Assembly (NCBI RefSeq): GCF_006345805.1
Contig: NW_021833818.1
Coordinates: forward strand, 1-53,803
Reading direction: 5' to 3'
Source: Octopus sinensis
Lineage: Eukaryota
DNA length: 53,803 nucleotides
In this document: piece after piece, positions 50,232 through 53,803 of the stretch
Layout: each line of letters starts with the position of its first letter
How positions within the stretch are numbered: position 1 is the stretch's first letter
Translations under genes and position numbers: made by a program
The notes under the pieces: generated by a model
The model's database searches: none
What the model was told of the DNA's origin: nothing
The model's input: only the letters and a program-made list of their open reading frames with translations

Positions 50232-50475
50232 ACACACACACACACACACACACACACCACACACACACACACACACACACTCATACATGTAAATCACCAA
50301 GACTACAGATACACATCCATACGTACACACAATCATGCGTACACACATACGTACATACATACATACATACATACATACATACATACATACATACATACAT
50401 ACATGCATACATGTGTGTGTGTGTGCGTGTATGAGTTAATGTGTGTGTGTGTGCGTGTGTGCGGGTGTGTGTGTT
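50232..50475. repeat. (CA)n/(ACAT)n/(TG)n microsatellites
   Basis: Direct reading. Confidence 0.9.
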
Positions 50476-50811
50476 GCGTCTGCATTGTAAAGCTGTTTTT
50501 TTTTTTTTCTTATTTTATTTCGCCTTCGGGAGATATGAAACAAATGGTTTTCAACGGTGAGACTTGAAGCAGATAAAGCTTCATCTACTTAAAGCGATTT
50601 ATTTCATATCTTGCGAAGTTTGTAAAAACAAAATTTTAAAATTACTTAAAATGCAAACAATCATACAACTGTTGCTCGTAAGAACAAATCTTTAAAAATG
50701 GATACAGAAAAACCCAAGATTAATATTTGTACAATGTTAACGTATCTCTTATGTTCAAAGAAGATAAGGGTTTCGGATTTTAAGGGCAACCTTCGTGCAT
50801 TTTCTATCCAA

Positions 50812-50975
50812 GGTGTTGATGTTGGTGTGTTTACGTCTCCGTAACTTAGCAGTTTGGCAACAGAAACCGATATAAGTACTAGACCCTAATGGAAAAACCT
50901 GATTCGTCCCACTAAAATCCTTCCAGACGGTGACCTCACCCTGGCCACCGGGTTACGATTGAAACACGTAAAAGT
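50812..50975 (+). mobile_element. Degraded SINE A 3' half
   Basis: gatgttggtgtgtttacgtctccgtaacttagcagtttggcaa..gaaacacgtaaaag. Confidence 0.65.
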
Positions 50976-51021
50976 TAGAGCAGAGTCATTCAAACTGAGG
51001 TTGCTGTAATTGTGATATTGA

Positions 51022-51236
51022 ATTCAAATTTTGGCACAAGGCCAGCAATTTCGGAGGAGGGGGTTAAGTCGATTACATTGACCCAGTATTCAGCTGGTAC
51101 TTATTTTATCGACCGTGAAAAAAATGAAAGGCAAAGCGGACATCGGCGGAATTTGAACTCAGAAAACGAAGACAGACGAAATGCCGCTAAGCCTTTAGCC
51201 CGGCGCTTTAACGATTCTACCATCTGCCTCCTCGGC
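51022..51236 (-). mobile_element. SINE B monomer, B2 tail
   Basis: Reverse copy. Confidence 0.8.
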
Positions 51237-51304
51237 GTAATAGTGATATCAAACTTGCGTAGTTAGCTTACGGCTGTTGCAATAGCAGTAGCATCATCAA
51301 CAAC

Positions 51305-51377
51305 AGTAGTAGTAGTAGTAGTAGTAGCGATGGTGTTAGTGATGGTGGTAGTAGTGGTGGTGGTGGTGGTGGTGATT

Positions 51378-51412
<35 letters not shown>

Positions 51413-51756
51413 GGTGGTGGTGGTGATGATGGTGATTGTAGTAGTAGTGGTGGTGGTAGTATAGTAGTAGTGGTGGTGGTATAGTAGTAGTAGTAGTGGT
51501 GGGTGGTTGGTGATGATGGTGATTGTAGTAGTAGTGGTGTTTGTAGTAGTAGTAGTAGTGGTGGTGGTGTTGGTGTGGTGGTAGTAGTGTGGTGGTGGTG
51601 GTGGTGGTGGTGGTGGTGGTTATGTTAGTAGTAGTGGTGTGGTGGGTGGTGGGTGGTGATTGTAGTGTAGTGGTGGTGGTGGTGTGGTGGTGGTTTGTAG
51701 TGTGTGGTGGTGGTGGTGGTGGTGGTAGTAGTGGTGGGTAGTGGGGGGGGTGTGAT

Positions 51757-51792
<36 letters not shown>

Positions 51793-52180
51793 TGGGTGGT
51801 GGTGGTGATGATGGTGATTGTAGTATTAGTGTGGTTTTGTATAGTAGTAGTAGTAGTAAGTAGTGGTTGGTGGTGTGGTGGTGGTGGTGGTGGTAGTAGT
51901 GGTGGTGTGTGGTGGGTGGTGGTGGTGGGTGATTGTAGTAGTAGTGGTGGTGGTGTGGTGATGATGGTGATTGTAGTAGTAGTGGTGGTTGTAGTAGTAG
52001 TAGTAGTGGTGGTGGTTGGTGGGGGTGTGGTAGTAGTGGTGGTTGGTGGTGTGTGTGGTGGGTGGTGTGGATTGTAGTATTAGTGGTGGTGGTGGTGGTG
52101 GTGGTGGTGGTGTGGTGGTGGTTGTAGTAGTAGTGGTGGTGGTGGTGGTGGTGGTGGTAGTAGTGGTGGTGGTGGTGATT

Positions 52181-52218
<38 letters not shown>

Positions 52219-52261
52219 GGTGGTGGTGGTGATGATGGTGATTGTAGTAGTAGTGGTGGTT

Positions 52262-52296
<35 letters not shown>

Positions 52297-52312
52297 GGTG
52301 GTGGTGGTGATT

Positions 52313-52347
<35 letters not shown>

Positions 52348-52486
52348 GGTGGTGGTGGTGGTGGTGGTGGTAGTAGTGGTGGTGGTGGTGATTGTAGTAG
52401 TAGTGGTGGTGGTAGTAGTAGTGGTGGTGGTGGTGGTGGTAGTGGTGGTGGTGGTGATGATGGTGATTGTAGTAGTAGTGGTGATT

Positions 52487-52521
<35 letters not shown>

Positions 52522-52529
52522 GGTGGTAC

Positions 52530-52563
<34 letters not shown>
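51305..52563 (+). repeat. (GTG)n/(GTA)n compound tract
   Basis: Direct reading; source of the poly-V ORFs. Confidence 0.95.
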
Positions 52564-52564
<1 letters not shown>

Positions 52565-52697
52565 ACTATGTAAATAAGTAGGTATGCGGCACTAGGAACT
52601 GAAAATTAATCGGATCTTTCCGTCAGCCAGGAAGTTTGTCAAGTAAATTTTACTGCTGGGGGATCCGATCAATTCTAAGTCGGTGAGCGAGGAGATT

Positions 52698-52925
52698 TAC
52701 TACTACTACTCCTACAACTACCACCACCACCGCCACTACTACTACTACTACCACCACCACCACCACCACACTACTACTACCACCTCCACCACCCCCACCA
52801 CCACTACTACTACTATACTACTACTACTACTACAACTACTACTACTACCCACCACTACTACTACTAATACCACCACCACCACTACTACTACAACCACTAC
52901 TACTACAACTACTACTCTACCCACC

Positions 52926-52958
<33 letters not shown>

Positions 52959-53122
52959 GCTATTACTACTACCCCACCACCACCCCCACAACCCTACCAC
53001 TACCACCACCCACCCACCACCATCTCCACACCACCCCTACTAACTACTACTACTACTACTATTCTAATACTACTACTACTTCTACTATTACTACTACTAC
53101 TACTGCTGCTGCTACTACTACT
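52698..53122 (+). repeat. (CAC)n/(TAC)n compound tract
   Basis: Direct reading; complementary in composition to 51305-52563. Confidence 0.95.
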
Positions 53123-53489
53123 TACCAATGCTGGTGCTGACAATTGCTATCTTAACTCTCGACTGCGAATAATTCCGTTCCACGCACACTCCACCAATAA
53201 AGATTAGGCAATAATACATTTAAAACACACACGACGTTTATCGAAACGGGAAGAATCACATTAACAATGTCTCGTTTTTCTCACCAGAAAGCTGCTCTTA
53301 CGGTTCAGGCGGTTACTCACAAAGCATGAAACGAGATCTTCTTTTCACATTCATTTTTTCTCCCCTCTCTCTCTCTGTTGGTACGACGTGTTTGGGGCAG
53401 ACATTTTGTGCTTTTTTCTTCTTTATTTTGGCGCAAGGAAGAAAAAATAGCAAATATAGGGATTTTAGGTTTAACTTACTTTTTTTTTT

Positions 53490-53720
53490 ACTCTCTTTTA
53501 CTTGTTTCAAGTCATTTGACTGTGGGCCATGCTGCAGCACCGCCTTTTAGTCGCTCGAGCAAAATCGACCCCAGGACTTATTCTTTGTAAGCCTAGTACT
53601 TATTCGGTCGGTTCTCTTTTTTGCCGAACCGCTAAGTTACGGGGACGTAAAGCACACCACAAGCATCGGTTTGTCAGCGATGTTGGGAGAACAAACACAA
53701 ATGCATAAACACACACACAA

Positions 53721-53755
<35 letters not shown>

Positions 53756-53803
53756 CATATATACGACGGGTTTCTCAGTTTCCTTCTACCGAATCCACTC
53801 ACA
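53490..53803 (-). mobile_element. SINE family A, cut by the window end
   Basis: Reverse 3' two-thirds of A. Confidence 0.9.

Noticed and set aside
51766-53207. Poly-V and poly-T/H ORFs resembling mucin-like proteins
   Set aside because: Trinucleotide tracts with no flanking coding context or splice support.

Overview
AT-rich, gene-empty (intergenic or intronic) animal DNA. From memory the SINE repertoire looks like an octopus genome; this is inference and was not searched. I can support no host protein-coding gene: the long ORFs are microsatellite or SINE translations. The window is a dense nest of mobile DNA. It holds at least four tRNA-derived SINE families (working names A, B, C, E). It holds decayed non-LTR retrotransposon fragments: many R4/Dong-type, one HERO/NeSL-like and one RTE-like. 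It also has two Penelope-like element (PLE) relics with RT motifs (one also with GIY-YIG motifs), two tandem non-autonomous Helitrons, a Helentron/DINE-1-like element, two TIR MITEs with internal TTAGGG repeats, and kb-scale trinucleotide tracts. Four signals stand out. (1) Three unrelated small elements sit in or beside (TA)n tracts and each folds into a variant minimal type I hammerhead-ribozyme-like motif; one is a TSD-flanked tandem dimer, which suggests retrozyme-like non-autonomous PLE partners. (2) SINE B inserts as head + 1-4 tandem body units bounded by a single TSD. (3) One SINE C head is joined to at least six different tails. (4) A locally templated repair scar lies inside a SINE. 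All folding and translation was done by eye, boundaries are approximate, and ribozyme activity is unproven.
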